Of a stretch of 32,000 bases of DNA, positions 1-10,678 are shown piece by piece. Each line of letters opens with the position of its first letter. Position 1 is the first letter of the stretch. This DNA is from Methanocaldococcus jannaschii DSM 2661 (lineage in GTDB: Archaea; AGJL01; Methanococci; Methanococcales; Methanocaldococcaceae): positions 593,581 to 625,580 of the forward strand of contig NC_000909.1 of the NCBI RefSeq assembly GCF_000091665.1, read 5' to 3'. The translations under genes and the position numbers were made by a program. The notes under the pieces are model-generated. The model saw only the letters and a list, made by a program, of their open reading frames with translations, did no database searches and had not been told where the DNA came from.

Positions 1-633
1 GAGGCATCAAGCTTAGCAAGGAAGTTTATTGAATTGAGTGATAGATTGAGGATAGTTACTGAATGTGCTATAACTTACGGAGGACAGCCAATTGGAAGAG
101 CTATTGGTCCAGCTTTAGAAGCAAAAGAGGCATTATTGGCTTTGGAAGATTATACTCAAGCCCCTACAAGCCTTGTTGAGAAATCTATTTCATTAGCTGG
201 AATTTTGTTAGAGATGGGAGGAGTAGCTCCTACTGGAGAAGGTAAAGAGTTAGCTGAAGATTTATTAGCAAGAGGGAAGGCACATGACAAATTTATGGAG
301 ATTATTGTAGCTCAGGGAGGAAAAGAAGTTAGTTCAGATGAAATTGAGGTTGGAAAATATAAAGCTGATATTCACTCACCAATTGATGGGTATGTTACAA
401 GAATATCAAATGCTGGAATTACAAAAATTGCCAAAGAAGCTGGAGCTCCAAATGATAAAAAAGCTGGTATCTATCTAAACGTAAAAGTAGGAAATAAAGT
501 TGAAAAAGGAGATGTTTTATACACCATATACTCTGACTCTGAAGAAAGGCTAAAATCAGCTATTAAATTAGCAAGAATATTGTATCCAATCAAAGTTGAG
601 GGCATGTTACTCCAAAAAATTTCAAGATTCTAA
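1..633 (+). CDS. deoA: AMP phosphorylase / thymidine phosphorylase family protein, C-terminal part (5' end lies outside the window)
   Basis: The frame is open from base 1, so the TTG at 34 is only the ORF caller's start. The sequence (..GRAIGPALEAKEALLAL.., C-terminal alpha/beta domain) looks like the pyrimidine-nucleoside phosphorylase family. Stop codon at 631-633. Confidence 0.75.
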   Translation, partial: EASSLARKFIELSDRLRIVTECAITYGGQPIGRAIGPALEAKEALLALEDYTQAPTSLVEKSISLAGILLEMGGVAPTGEGKELAEDLLARGKAHDKFMEIIVAQGGKEVSSDEIEVGKYKADIHSPIDGYVTRISNAGITKIAKEAGAPNDKKAGIYLNVKVGNKVEKGDVLYTIYSDSEERLKSAIKLARILYPIKVEGMLLQKISRF

Positions 634-729
634 ATAGGACCTTCCCGCAGTTTATATACAATTCTGTTTGAACTTAAATACCAAAAGACATCATATTTCA
701 ATAAAACATTTATTAAAAGTTCTATTAAT

Positions 730-951
730 TTAATTTGATTCTTCATTAATTTCTTCTAATTTAGGACATGCAATTAAAATTAACTTATATAATTCTGTGT
801 TTTTTGTAGATTCTAAGATTTTATATATTGATTTCTTATCTTTCATATGGGATTCAATAATATGCCTTATCATAAGAATTTTAATTCCAACAAATTTTGC
901 TTTGCTATTAATAATTTTTAAATCTTCAATAATTTTTTCATCGTTTTCCAT
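730..951 (-). CDS. Small hypothetical protein (about 73 aa if it starts at MENDEK)
   Basis: It is the only sizeable ORF in the 634-1139 gap. I recognise no family. The first 12 codons of the 85-aa track ORF are poly-hydrophobic and AT-driven, so I prefer the internal ATG at 951. Confidence 0.3.
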
Positions 952-1139
952 AATAACCACCAAAAAAAACAACATATAAAACAACAATAAAATAACAATT
1001 ATATCTAATTTGTAATATTTAGTTAAAAAGTATTTATGAATTTTTTGTTCTGTATATGTGGTTATGCAAGTGCCTATGGGTGATATATTAATTTAAAATA
1101 AATAAAATAAAATTTATCAATAGCAAAAATAAAAAAGAT

Positions 1140-2243
1140 TTATCCAAATTTTAATTTCTTGATTTTCAATTTCATTGCTCTCTCTATATATCTCAGTTTT
1201 TTATATTCCCTTCTATTTATAATTGATATTGCCTTCCCTTTCTTTCCAGCTCTCCCAGTTCTTCCAATTCTATGCATATAAGATTCAGGATTTTGTGGAA
1301 GATGGTAGTTAATTACACAGTTTAAATCATTGACATCTATCCCTCTACTCATAACATCAGTGGCAATTAAAATCCTAATCTTTTTTTGTTTAAACAATCT
1401 TATAACCTTCTCCCTTTGAGATTGACTTAAATCTCCATGAATTGCTCCAGCTTTAAATCCAATATCTCTCAACATACTTGCCAATTCTTTAGTATCTCTC
1501 TTAGTTTTACAAAAAACTAATCCATAAAATTCTTTATTTTTTAAAAGTCTGCATAAAGCTTCAAATCTCTCATTTTCATTAACTTCAACATAACTCTGTT
1601 CAATATTTGCGTTTATCTTAGCTTTTATAAAGCTATAATCTCCCATATACTTTTTAGCCAAATTTAATATCTCCCTTGGCATAGTAGCAGAGAACAACAA
1701 AATCCTCTTGTCTTTATTACAGGCATTTAAAATCTTTTCAACGTCCTTAATAAAACCCATATTGAGCATTTCATCTGCCTCATCCAATATAAAATATTTA
1801 ACATTTTTTAAATTTAAAGTTCCTCTATTTATGTGGTCTAAAATTCTTCCTGGAGTTCCAACAACTATATTGGCATTTTTTAAAGCCTTAATTTGTGGAT
1901 ATATAGCTTTTCCACCATAAATTTTGGCAATCTTTAAATTTTTGTTACCTTTTAATGACTCTATCTCATCAGCCACTTGTATAGCTAATTCTCTTGTAGG
2001 AGTTAAAATAATTGCCTCTATTCCATTGTTTTCATTAACGAGCTCAATTAATGGAATTGCAAACGAAGCAGTTTTCCCACTTCCAGTTCTTGCTTGAGCT
2101 ACAATGTTATATTCATCATTTAAAAATAGTGGGATGACTTTCATCTGAATATCTGTTGGCTTTTCAAAACCTTTATTTCTAATGGCATTTAAGATATTAT
2201 CTGACAAATTTAATTCGTTAAAATTCATATATTCCACTTCCAA
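1140..2243 (-). CDS. DEAD-box ATP-dependent RNA helicase
   Basis: Motifs present: Q-motif (GFEKPTDIQ), Walker A (AQARTGSGKT), PTRELA, DEAD, SAT, HRIGRTGRAG. The track start at 2243 is TTG. The ATG at 2228 (MNFNEL..) follows a GTGGA Shine-Dalgarno-like site and may be the real start. Confidence 0.95.
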   Translation of the reverse strand: MEVEYMNFNELNLSDNILNAIRNKGFEKPTDIQMKVIPLFLNDEYNIVAQARTGSGKTASFAIPLIELVNENNGIEAIILTPTRELAIQVADEIESLKGNKNLKIAKIYGGKAIYPQIKALKNANIVVGTPGRILDHINRGTLNLKNVKYFILDEADEMLNMGFIKDVEKILNACNKDKRILLFSATMPREILNLAKKYMGDYSFIKAKINANIEQSYVEVNENERFEALCRLLKNKEFYGLVFCKTKRDTKELASMLRDIGFKAGAIHGDLSQSQREKVIRLFKQKKIRILIATDVMSRGIDVNDLNCVINYHLPQNPESYMHRIGRTGRAGKKGKAISIINRREYKKLRYIERAMKLKIKKLKFG

Positions 2244-2261
2244 TAAAATTTAATTTTTAAA

Positions 2262-2286
2262 GATGCTAAAAAGAGATTTTAGCATC
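2262..2286 (-). terminator. Perfect 10-bp stem / 5-nt loop hairpin between the methyltransferase-like gene and the helicase gene
   Basis: gatgctaaaa-agaga-ttttagcatc. On the minus strand it is followed by ttt/aaaaatt. It could be a terminator for the upstream gene or a 5'-UTR structure of the helicase mRNA. Confidence 0.25.
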
Positions 2287-2302
2287 CTCAACAACTATGG
2301 GC

Positions 2303-3364
2303 TTATAGTATAAAAATGTTTGCATCTTTGAAAAACTTCAATCTCATCTTTTTAATTATTTCTGATGAGTTTAAATCCTCTTTTTGAATTTTTAAAATTT
2401 CTTCTGGGATGTTACCTTTTTTTATCTGTTTTGTTGATAGATATTTTCCTATTTTAATTAATTTTTCTTTTAACTTTTCTCTTCTTTCCTCTCTATCCTC
2501 TATTATTTTATCTTTAGTTAAGCTTAATGTTTCATCCCTATAAGGTAAAGCTATAACTGATAAAGCTATAACTCTCTCATCAACCTCATTAATTCTATTT
2601 GGTTTAAAATTTGGGTTTTTATAAGCTAAGGTTATTCCTCTTTTTCTCCCAACACTCTCCTTTTCTGAAATTACAAAACCACAATCAACCAAAGCACTTC
2701 TAAATGGAATGGCTGAAGAGTAAGATATCAAAACTCCATTATCTTCCATTCTTTTATAAATTTCTTTCAAAAAATCGTAAGTGTAGAGGGTAGGGTCTCT
2801 TTTTGGTGAAAATGCATCGTGAAAAACCACATTGTATTTTTTATCACTCTTTATTATAAATTTTCTCGCATCTCCAACGTATAGATTGATATTATCATAA
2901 TCTGACTTATATTCAATGCCAATTTTATTTAAAAAATACTCTCTAACTTTATCTTTTATAATCTCATGCTCTTTATATGGAATATCTAAAAATAAAGTTA
3001 AAAATAAAACTTCCTCACAAATCTCAACCATATCAATCTCTGCATTTTTGTTATAATGTAAAGCAGCTATAGCATTGTATCCCATACCACTGCACAAATC
3101 CAAAACTCTTGGATTGCTTAAATCAGTTATCTTTGATGGCTTAGCAAACTTATAAATTGCTTCTTTTAAAGCTCCAACCTTTGAATGCATCATCTCCTCT
3201 TCATCCTCTGCCTTTAAAGTGTAAGTTCCATCCTCAGTTTCTACTAAGACATGTTCTTCCTTTAACTCTTTAATTAATCTCTCTTTAATATCTTTTTCAT
3301 TCTTTCCATTGTAAATTTTCATATACTTTCTAATAATTTCTAAGGCTTTTTTGTTTGGAAGCAT
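2303..3364 (-). CDS. SAM-dependent methyltransferase, MnmC-type methyltransferase-domain-like
   Basis: SAM motif I (VLDLCSGMGYNAIAAL) and HDAFSPKRDPTLYTYDFL, which resembles the MnmC N-terminal methyltransferase signature (D-x-F-x-P-x-x-N/D-P-x-x-W/Y). The track start at 3373 is GTG; I prefer the ATG at 3364. Confidence 0.5.
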   Translation of the reverse strand: MLPNKKALEIIRKYMKIYNGKNEKDIKERLIKELKEEHVLVETEDGTYTLKAEDEEEMMHSKVGALKEAIYKFAKPSKITDLSNPRVLDLCSGMGYNAIAALHYNKNAEIDMVEICEEVLFLTLFLDIPYKEHEIIKDKVREYFLNKIGIEYKSDYDNINLYVGDARKFIIKSDKKYNVVFHDAFSPKRDPTLYTYDFLKEIYKRMEDNGVLISYSSAIPFRSALVDCGFVISEKESVGRKRGITLAYKNPNFKPNRINEVDERVIALSVIALPYRDETLSLTKDKIIEDREERREKLKEKLIKIGKYLSTKQIKKGNIPEEILKIQKEDLNSSEIIKKMRLKFFKDANIFIL

Positions 3365-3380
3365 AACTCTCACATTATAT

Positions 3381-4079
<699 letters not shown>

Positions 4080-4111
4080 TTAAGTTTTATATTCTAAATG
4101 ATAGCTAAATT

Positions 4112-5410
4112 TTATAGATAAAGAATGGAATATAGAGTTATTACAGCTGCAGATAGTATTGATAAAATCATCCCAATTTTCATCATTTCTTCTTTTTTGA
4201 CACCTTCACTATATACAATAGCGTTGGGAGGAGTCCCTACTGGCAGAATAAAAGAGCACGATGCTGACATACCAACAGCCAGTATTAAAATCTCTTTTGG
4301 AATTCCTAAAGATACTCCAAATAGTATTGGGACTATTATTCCAGTCAATCCAGTGTTGCTTATAAAATTAGTTAGAATTATTGTTATTGTAACTACTAAA
4401 AATAAAAGAACAATTGGAGTTAAATTTCCTAAGATAGCTATAAGTTTTTCAGATAAGAATGTATTTGCTCCACTCTTAACAATAACTCCTCCCAAACATA
4501 AAGCTCCACCAAATAAAATTAAAGTTCCCCAATCTATTTTCTTAAAATCATTAACTTCAACTAAATTAAATACAAACAATAAAATTATGGCGAATATGGC
4601 AATAACTGAATCAAAATATTGGACATTAAAAATTTCACTCAAATAGTCGCTAATTATCCAAAGTGAAGCTATTAACACAAATATGACCAATAATTTATAA
4701 GCGTTTCTACTCAACTCCATTCTTGCTTGAATAGCAATATCTTCTTTTGGAATCCACTTTTTAAAGTAAATATATAATGTTAAAGTACAAATCAAAAATA
4801 ACAATAAACTTATTGGAAATCCCACTTTAAACCAGCTAAAAAATCCATAATCTAGATAGCTACTTGCTATGGCATTTGGTGGAGAGCCGATAATTGTTGC
4901 TATTCCTCCTATAGAGGCAGAATAAGCAACTCCTAACAATAAAAAATCTCTCAATTTACCAGTTTTTTTATGTAATAGACCAAGAGCTATGGGCAACAAA
5001 ATTAATGTGGCAGAGGTGTTACTAATCCACATTGATAGAAAATAAGCCGATAGAAACATTAAAAAACATGTAGTTTTAAAATCCTTTCCATAATTTAGTA
5101 GCTTATAGGCAATAAATTTATCTAAGTTATGATTTTTTAATGCCTGTGCAAGCATAAATCCTCCCAAAAACAAAAATATTATTGGATGGGCAAAGTATGT
5201 TAAAGCCTCTTTTAAATTAAAAATTCCTAAAAACACTGCCATTATTGGTATTGCTAAGGATGTAACTGGAAGAGGCAATAATTCAAAAAACCATAAACAT
5301 CCAGCAACTATTAATATAACAATACCTTTGTATATATCTGGTAAAGATGAGCCAAAAATAAGAGAAGCTGTAATTATCCCTAAGCCTATAAATTCTTTGG
5401 ATAATCTCAT
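4112..5410 (-). CDS. Ion-transporter-superfamily permease (SLC13/DASS or ArsB/NhaD-like anion:Na+ symporter)
   Basis: 432 aa, hydrophobic throughout. Two re-entrant-loop-type motifs (GSPPNAIA and GTPPNAIV) lie in the two halves, consistent with an inverted-repeat transporter. Confidence 0.6.
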   Translation of the reverse strand: MRLSKEFIGLGIITASLIFGSSLPDIYKGIVILIVAGCLWFFELLPLPVTSLAIPIMAVFLGIFNLKEALTYFAHPIIFLFLGGFMLAQALKNHNLDKFIAYKLLNYGKDFKTTCFLMFLSAYFLSMWISNTSATLILLPIALGLLHKKTGKLRDFLLLGVAYSASIGGIATIIGSPPNAIASSYLDYGFFSWFKVGFPISLLLFLICTLTLYIYFKKWIPKEDIAIQARMELSRNAYKLLVIFVLIASLWIISDYLSEIFNVQYFDSVIAIFAIILLFVFNLVEVNDFKKIDWGTLILFGGALCLGGVIVKSGANTFLSEKLIAILGNLTPIVLLFLVVTITIILTNFISNTGLTGIIVPILFGVSLGIPKEILILAVGMSASCSFILPVGTPPNAIVYSEGVKKEEMMKIGMILSILSAAVITLYSILYL

Positions 5411-5673
5411 ATCCCTCCCCCACCAGATTTATTTCTTTACTTTATAACTTAGGTATGTTAATAGTTAAGTTTTTATATCTCTTGTATGTTTATTCATTAT
5501 TCATAGACTCGCATGGCCTGACCCGTGTCTCTTTTACAAAACAAAACTTAAAGTAAAAATTATAGAATTTATGAAGTATTTGGAATAAACTAACCAAAAG
5601 GCATGGAAATAATAAAATAATAAGAAAGAAATCCAGTTAAAAAATATTAAAAACAATTATTACAGGTGTTAAT

Positions 5674-6063
5674 ATGAGTGTATGGCAAGGAAGAAGTAGA
5701 AGAAAACCAACAGGTGGGTTGTATAGACCAGCGAGAAAAAAGAGAAAATATGAAATGGGTAGAGAACCAATAGAAACACACGTAGCAGAAGAGGCATTTA
5801 AAATAAAAAAGGTTAGAACAAGAGGAGGAAACTTAAAGGTTAAGGTTGTTAGAACAGGATTTGCTAACGTATTAGACCCAGAAACAGGAACTTGTAAGAA
5901 AGTTAAGATAATAACAGTTAGAGAAAACAAGGCAAACATCCACTATGTCAGAAGAAACGTTATAACAAAAGGAGCAATTATTGAAACAGAGATTGGATTG
6001 GCAAAAGTTACATCAAGACCTGGGCAGGATGGAACTGTTAATGCAATATTAATTAAGGAATAA
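5674..6063 (+). CDS. rps8e: 30S ribosomal protein S8e
   Basis: The N-terminus [15 protein letters not shown] is diagnostic of S8e. AGGTG Shine-Dalgarno site at 5664-5668. Confidence 0.95.
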   Translation: MSVWQGRSRRKPTGGLYRPARKKRKYEMGREPIETHVAEEAFKIKKVRTRGGNLKVKVVRTGFANVLDPETGTCKKVKIITVRENKANIHYVRRNVITKGAIIETEIGLAKVTSRPGQDGTVNAILIKE

Positions 6064-6143
6064 ATTTTTCAAGCTTAATTTTTAATTTTTTATACTTCAT
6101 ATAATTTATCTATTTAAATTAATTACTCAACTGATGTGAGATT

Positions 6144-7160
6144 ATGAAACTTGGTAGATATTTAGCGGTTTCAAAAGATTTAGCCCCAGCAAAGTTTATA
6201 ATAGCTAAGTGTATAGAAGTTGAAGAATTTAAGGGATTAGAACTAAATGAATTATGGGAAATCCATAACAAGGTCTTGAAAAAAGTAGATTTTGATAATT
6301 TTGATTTTAATGATTTAGAGTATGTAAAACCAAACCTATTGGACTTAAAAGTAGAGATTGCCAAAAATATCTTTAAAAATTGCCATTTTTGTGAGCATAG
6401 ATGTTATGTAAATAGAGAAACTGAAAGAGGTTTCTGTAGGATAAAAGAGAGCTATTACTCAACAGAATTTCTACATCTCGGTGAAGAAAGAGTTTTAGTT
6501 CCATCACATACAATCTTCTTCTGTGGCTGTAATTTTAAATGTGTCTTCTGCCAGAACTGGGATATATCTCAGGTTTATTTTGATAAAACAATTCCTAACC
6601 ACTGTATTCCATATAATCCAAAAGAAATGGCTAAAATTATTAAACATAAAAGAGATTATTCAAAAAACGTTAATTTTGTTGGTGGAGACCCTACACCACA
6701 TTTATTGAGTATTTTAAAAACTCTAAGCTATTTAGATAAAAACATCCCGGTAGTTTGGAATTCAAATATGTATCTAACTGTTGAAGGAATGCATTTATTA
6801 AAAGGAGTTGTTGATGTCTATTTAACTGACTTTAAGTTTGGAAATAATGAATGTGGAGAAAGATTATCAAAAGTTAAAAACTATTTTGATATAATTAAGA
6901 GGAATCACTTGCTTATAAAAGATGAGGAAGTTATAATAAGGCATTTAGTAATGCCAAACCACTTAGATTGTTGCACAGAGAAAATATTTGACTTCATCTC
7001 AAAAAATTTAGATAACGCTGTAGTTAATGTTATGTTTCAGTATCGCCCAGAATATAAAGCTAAGGAATATCCTGATATAAATAGAAGATTAACTTATGAA
7101 GAGATAGAGAAGGCATTGGAGTTGGCAGAGAAATATAATTTAGATTTAATCTATGATTAA
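6144..7160 (+). CDS. Radical SAM protein, PflX / pyruvate-formate-lyase-activase-like
   Basis: CxxxCxxC cluster (CGCNFKCVFCQNW). An extra upstream Cys cluster (CHFCEHRCYVNRETERGFC) suggests an auxiliary Fe-S site. Confidence 0.7.
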   Translation: MKLGRYLAVSKDLAPAKFIIAKCIEVEEFKGLELNELWEIHNKVLKKVDFDNFDFNDLEYVKPNLLDLKVEIAKNIFKNCHFCEHRCYVNRETERGFCRIKESYYSTEFLHLGEERVLVPSHTIFFCGCNFKCVFCQNWDISQVYFDKTIPNHCIPYNPKEMAKIIKHKRDYSKNVNFVGGDPTPHLLSILKTLSYLDKNIPVVWNSNMYLTVEGMHLLKGVVDVYLTDFKFGNNECGERLSKVKNYFDIIKRNHLLIKDEEVIIRHLVMPNHLDCCTEKIFDFISKNLDNAVVNVMFQYRPEYKAKEYPDINRRLTYEEIEKALELAEKYNLDLIYD

Positions 7161-7168
7161 ATTTTTAA

Positions 7169-8344
7169 TTATTCATTTTTCAACTTTTCCCTCTTAATCA
7201 TTTTAAATTTCTTCCCTCCACACTCACAAACTAAATCCTCAACTTTCTTAACCTCTTCTCCAACTTTATGGATTTTTCCACATTTTAGGCATTTATAATA
7301 TCTTATAACTGGCTTAACTAAACCAGTATATATCTTCTCAGTGTCTCCAATATTTATCTTCAAATTTTTCCCAACCAATCTCGCTATAAATGTTGTGTTT
7401 GCAATTATCTCACTACCTTCATAATAATTAAAGTTTGGAATTAACTCTGAGATAACAAAACCCATATTTGTAATTGCTTTTTGAATAGAGAGCCACTCAT
7501 CTATTGGTTTGTGAGAATAGGAAAGATAAGCAATCCCTTCTTTTCCTAACGCTTCTATCCCTCTTGATAAAAATAACTTTAAGCCATCAACAGTATATGG
7601 CGGGTCTGTTGAGATAACATCAAATCTCTCCTTTAAATCTTGTGGTAGTGGGTTTCTTAAATCATGCTTAATTGTTTTAATTTTAACTCCTTCTTTTTGT
7701 GAAAATTTTTCTATAAGCTTTAAAATCCTCTCATCTATATCCACAACAGCTATTTCCTCAGCCATATTTGTTAGAGCGGTTGGTAAAGAAGTTAAGTCAT
7801 CATCTCCAACAAATAAAATTCTCTTTCCTTCTAAATCTCCTCTTTCATACATCAAAGCAGCCCTATAAGTTGATGTTTCTGGTGTTGCAAAGGATTGGTC
7901 TATAGTTGTATCAACTAAAGGCCTTCTCTTAGCCCAAACTCTAACCTTATTTAAAATATCTTCAAAAAATTCATCTAACACAATACCTCTACCATTACAA
8001 GTTTTGCAGGTAAGAGATTTTTTATACTTCAATTTTAAAAAGTTTTCAGCAAATTCTTTACCCAAATCTGTTAGCTCTGCTCCTCTTTCAGTTCTCTTTA
8101 ATATTTTTTCTCTCTCTAAGATAGTTCTAACCTTGGCAACTATTGGTAAGGGCAATCTCGTTTTTTGAGCAATCTTTTTTGTTGATATTGGCTGATGCCT
8201 ATAGATAACTCTAATTATATCTTCAACAGCTCTTTTTCCCTCAGCAATATCAGCTTTTTTAGCAACATTGTTTAAAAGTATTGAGAACTTCGTCTTTTCA
8301 TTAACTTCTACTTTACCTTTTCCAATTTTTCCAATGATTTTCAT
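7169..8344 (-). CDS. DUF43 / BpsA-family (branched-chain polyamine synthase-like) protein with N-terminal wHTH-like region and C-terminal zinc ribbon
   Basis: ILFVGDDDLTSL and STDPPYT motifs are typical of the BpsA/DUF43 aminopropyl- or methyltransferase-like fold. C-terminal CLKCG..CECGG zinc ribbon. GGTGA Shine-Dalgarno site just upstream of the ATG at 8344. Confidence 0.5.
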   Translation of the reverse strand: MKIIGKIGKGKVEVNEKTKFSILLNNVAKKADIAEGKRAVEDIIRVIYRHQPISTKKIAQKTRLPLPIVAKVRTILEREKILKRTERGAELTDLGKEFAENFLKLKYKKSLTCKTCNGRGIVLDEFFEDILNKVRVWAKRRPLVDTTIDQSFATPETSTYRAALMYERGDLEGKRILFVGDDDLTSLPTALTNMAEEIAVVDIDERILKLIEKFSQKEGVKIKTIKHDLRNPLPQDLKERFDVISTDPPYTVDGLKLFLSRGIEALGKEGIAYLSYSHKPIDEWLSIQKAITNMGFVISELIPNFNYYEGSEIIANTTFIARLVGKNLKINIGDTEKIYTGLVKPVIRYYKCLKCGKIHKVGEEVKKVEDLVCECGGKKFKMIKREKLKNE

Positions 8345-8378
8345 TATTTCACCAAAATAAGGAAAATATTACAGAAGA

Positions 8379-8445
8379 TTAACAGACCCTTGGTATTGGG
8401 TCTCCAATCGGCATATCGACAATTCTCCTACCAACAATATGTCTC
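8379..8445 (-). repeat. Displaced duplicate of the last 19 codons plus stop of hypE (non-translated copy)
   Basis: 8379-8438 aligns without gaps to 8501-8560 at 50/60 identity. It translates to the identical peptide IVGRRIVDMPIGDPIPRVC*. Homology seems to continue about 6 nt further (gtctc) across a 1-nt indel. Confidence 0.9.
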
Positions 8446-8500
8446 GCATGAAACTTTTAGAAAAGTTTCATCAAAACTTTTAAAAATTGCATTATGAATA
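8446..8500 (-). repeat. Family-A palindromic element (short version) between the two hypE 3' end copies
   Basis: Contains the hairpin atgaaactttt-ag-aaaagtttcat (8448-8471) and the conserved core gaaacttttag.aaaagtttcatcaaaac. The same core occurs at 23552-23580 and 25450-25478, and inverted at 25549-25577. Confidence 0.85.
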
Positions 8501-9508
8501 TTAACAAACTCTTGGTATCGGATCGCCAATAGGCATATCCACTATCCTTCTACCAACAATCGTCTCTATTATAACTCCCTTATGTTCTTTTGTAGCATAG
8601 CCAATGATTTCAGCATTCTTTCCTAATGGATGCTCCCTTAAAATCTCTAAGCATCTTTCAGCATCTTCCTTTTTAACTGCCATAACTACCTTTCCTTCAT
8701 TTGCTATAGTTAAAGGGTCTAAGCCAAGAATATCACAAATTGATTGAACTTCATCACTTATTGGGATTTTATCCTCAAATATAGTTATGCCAATATTACT
8801 CTTTTCAGCCATCTCATTTAACGCATCTGCCAAACCTCCTCTTGTAGGGTCTTTCATGGCATTTATTTGAATGCCCTCTTCTAAAACCCTCTCAATTAAT
8901 TTATTTATTGGAGCTACATCTGATTTTATGTTTGTTTCAAAATCAAATCCCTCCCTTGATAATAAAATAGCTAATCCATGCTCTCCTATATTTCCAGAAA
9001 CAATTATTGCATCTCCCTCTTGAACATTACAATCCCTTATTGCCTTTCCCCTATCAACAATCCCTATTCCAGCAGTTGAGATTATGATATCATCAACTCC
9101 ATCAGATACCTTTGTATCTCCTGTTATTATTGCTACTTCAGCCTCTTTAGAAGTTTCGTTTATTGATTTAACTATTTTCTCCAAATCTTCTAAGTTAAAA
9201 CCTTCTGGAATTATTAAAGATAGAGATAGAGCTAATGGCTTAGCTCCCATAACTGCTAAATCATTTACAGTTCCACTAACAGCCAATCTTCCAATATCTC
9301 CACCTGGGAAGAATATTGGTTTAACTGTGTGTCCATCAACAGTAAAAACAATCTCCTTATCACCTATTGGGATAGTTGCTGAATCATCCAAGCTTTCTAA
9401 GCCAATTCCTCCATTAACTGATGTTATCTCCAAATTTTTCAATATTACATCTTTTATAAGCTCCTGCATTACCTTTCCTCCAGCTCCATGCATTCGTGTG
9501 ATTTTCAT
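8501..9508 (-). CDS. hypE: [NiFe]-hydrogenase maturation protein HypE
   Basis: AIR-synthase-like/PurM fold sequence (HGAGGK.., GDTKV, DPTRGG) and the diagnostic C-terminal PRVC. Confidence 0.95.
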   Translation of the reverse strand: MKITRMHGAGGKVMQELIKDVILKNLEITSVNGGIGLESLDDSATIPIGDKEIVFTVDGHTVKPIFFPGGDIGRLAVSGTVNDLAVMGAKPLALSLSLIIPEGFNLEDLEKIVKSINETSKEAEVAIITGDTKVSDGVDDIIISTAGIGIVDRGKAIRDCNVQEGDAIIVSGNIGEHGLAILLSREGFDFETNIKSDVAPINKLIERVLEEGIQINAMKDPTRGGLADALNEMAEKSNIGITIFEDKIPISDEVQSICDILGLDPLTIANEGKVVMAVKKEDAERCLEILREHPLGKNAEIIGYATKEHKGVIIETIVGRRIVDMPIGDPIPRVC

Positions 9509-9616
9509 AATCTCACTCTTTAACTTTTATTGAATACTTAAATATTTTGATATATTTTTTACAATCTTTCAATAAAATTTTAAAACAAAATTAAAAAAAT
9601 GAAGTAAAATTCAAAT

Positions 9617-10609
9617 TTAATCTCCTCTATATTGCATTTTCTCAGCTTCGCTTATTTGAGTTATATCTATTCCTTTCATAGCTTCTCCTAAATTCTTACT
9701 AACTTCAGCAACAATATCAGGCTTATCATAGTTATAAGTAGCTTCAACAATTGCCCTTGCTCTCTCCAATGGATTTTCTGATTTAAATATTCCTGAACCA
9801 ACAAATACTCCATCAGAACCAAGCTGCATCATTAAAGCAGCATCTGCCGGTGTTGCAACCCCACCAGCTGCAAAATTAACTACTGGCAATCTTCCTAATT
9901 TTTTAACTTCTAATAAAACCTCATACAACCCATCAATAATCTCAGCCAGTGTAAAGCCCTCATAGATTGGCTCATTTTCTAAAACAGTTGCTGGCAACCC
10001 CATTCCCTCTCTAACTGTCTTAGCTAATTCTGCATATCTGTTAGCATAGAATTTAGCAACTCCATAAACTTCTTCATCTGTCATTCTCTGCAATTGAGCT
10101 ATAGCTTCATTCATCAATCTCATGTGTCTAACTGCCTCAACTATATTTCCAGTCCCTGCCTCTCCCTTAGTTCTTATCATTGCCGCTCCTTCCCAGATTC
10201 TTCTAACTGCCTCTCCTAAGTTTCTTGCTCCACAGACAAATGGGACGTTAAACTTCTTCTTGTATATGTGGAAGAATGGGTCTGCTTGGGTTAAAACTTC
10301 ACTTTCATCAATCATATCTACTCCAATAGCCTCTAAAACTAAAGCCTCTGTTGTATGTCCAATTCTACACTTAGCCATAACTGGAATTGAGACAGCATCC
10401 ATTATCTCTTCAATTAAAGCTGGGTCTGACATTCTTGCAACTCCACCAGCTGCCCTAATATCCGCAGGAACTCTCTCCAAAGCCATAACTGCAACAGCTC
10501 CAGCCTCTTCGGCTATTTGTGCTTGTTCTACGTTGGTAACATCCATTACAACCCCATGCTTAACCATCTTGGCAAATCCTTTCTTTAATAAGTCAGTTCC
10601 TTTTTTCAT
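9617..10609 (-). CDS. pdxS: Pyridoxal 5'-phosphate synthase, lyase subunit PdxS
   Basis: Highly conserved PdxS/SNZ sequence ([61 protein letters not shown]). Confidence 0.97.
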   Translation of the reverse strand: MKKGTDLLKKGFAKMVKHGVVMDVTNVEQAQIAEEAGAVAVMALERVPADIRAAGGVARMSDPALIEEIMDAVSIPVMAKCRIGHTTEALVLEAIGVDMIDESEVLTQADPFFHIYKKKFNVPFVCGARNLGEAVRRIWEGAAMIRTKGEAGTGNIVEAVRHMRLMNEAIAQLQRMTDEEVYGVAKFYANRYAELAKTVREGMGLPATVLENEPIYEGFTLAEIIDGLYEVLLEVKKLGRLPVVNFAAGGVATPADAALMMQLGSDGVFVGSGIFKSENPLERARAIVEATYNYDKPDIVAEVSKNLGEAMKGIDITQISEAEKMQYRGD

Positions 10610-10678
10610 AACTCTCCCTCCATAATCATTGATAAAAGTTTGTTATGAAATTATAGTCTCCAACTATATATGTTTAAT

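Noticed and set aside
797-979. A plus-strand 60-aa ORF overlapping the minus-strand ORF at 730-987. Similar antisense ORFs occur at 1708-1920, 3604-3855, 4125-4646, 5637-5939, 6119-6364, 9084-9533, 10122-10625, 11891-12130, 12404-12634, 12740-13015, 13501-14104, 15134-15852, 17649-17858, 20619-20855, 21724-22125, 22711-23001, 24476-24703, 25734-25979 and 31109-31840.
   Set aside because: All lie antisense to, or inside, well-supported genes. They have low-complexity, codon-shadow compositions typical of AT-rich genomes and show no motifs.
5497-5535. A GC-rich island (agactcgcatggcctgacccgtgtctc) in the AT-rich divergent intergenic region, downstream of a TATA-like tttttatat. It could be a small RNA.
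   Set aside because: I can draw no convincing stem-loop or C/D or H/ACA boxes, and there is no second copy in the window. It may simply be part of a long rps8e 5' UTR.
8379-8566. The idea that the hairpin insert plus one gene-end copy is an RNA intron (bulge-helix-bulge type) spliced out of the mRNA. rtcB is nearby.
   Set aside because: The proximal copy already ends in its own stop codon and encodes the complete conserved C-terminus. Splicing would change nothing, and I see no 3-nt-bulge/4-bp-helix motif at the junctions.
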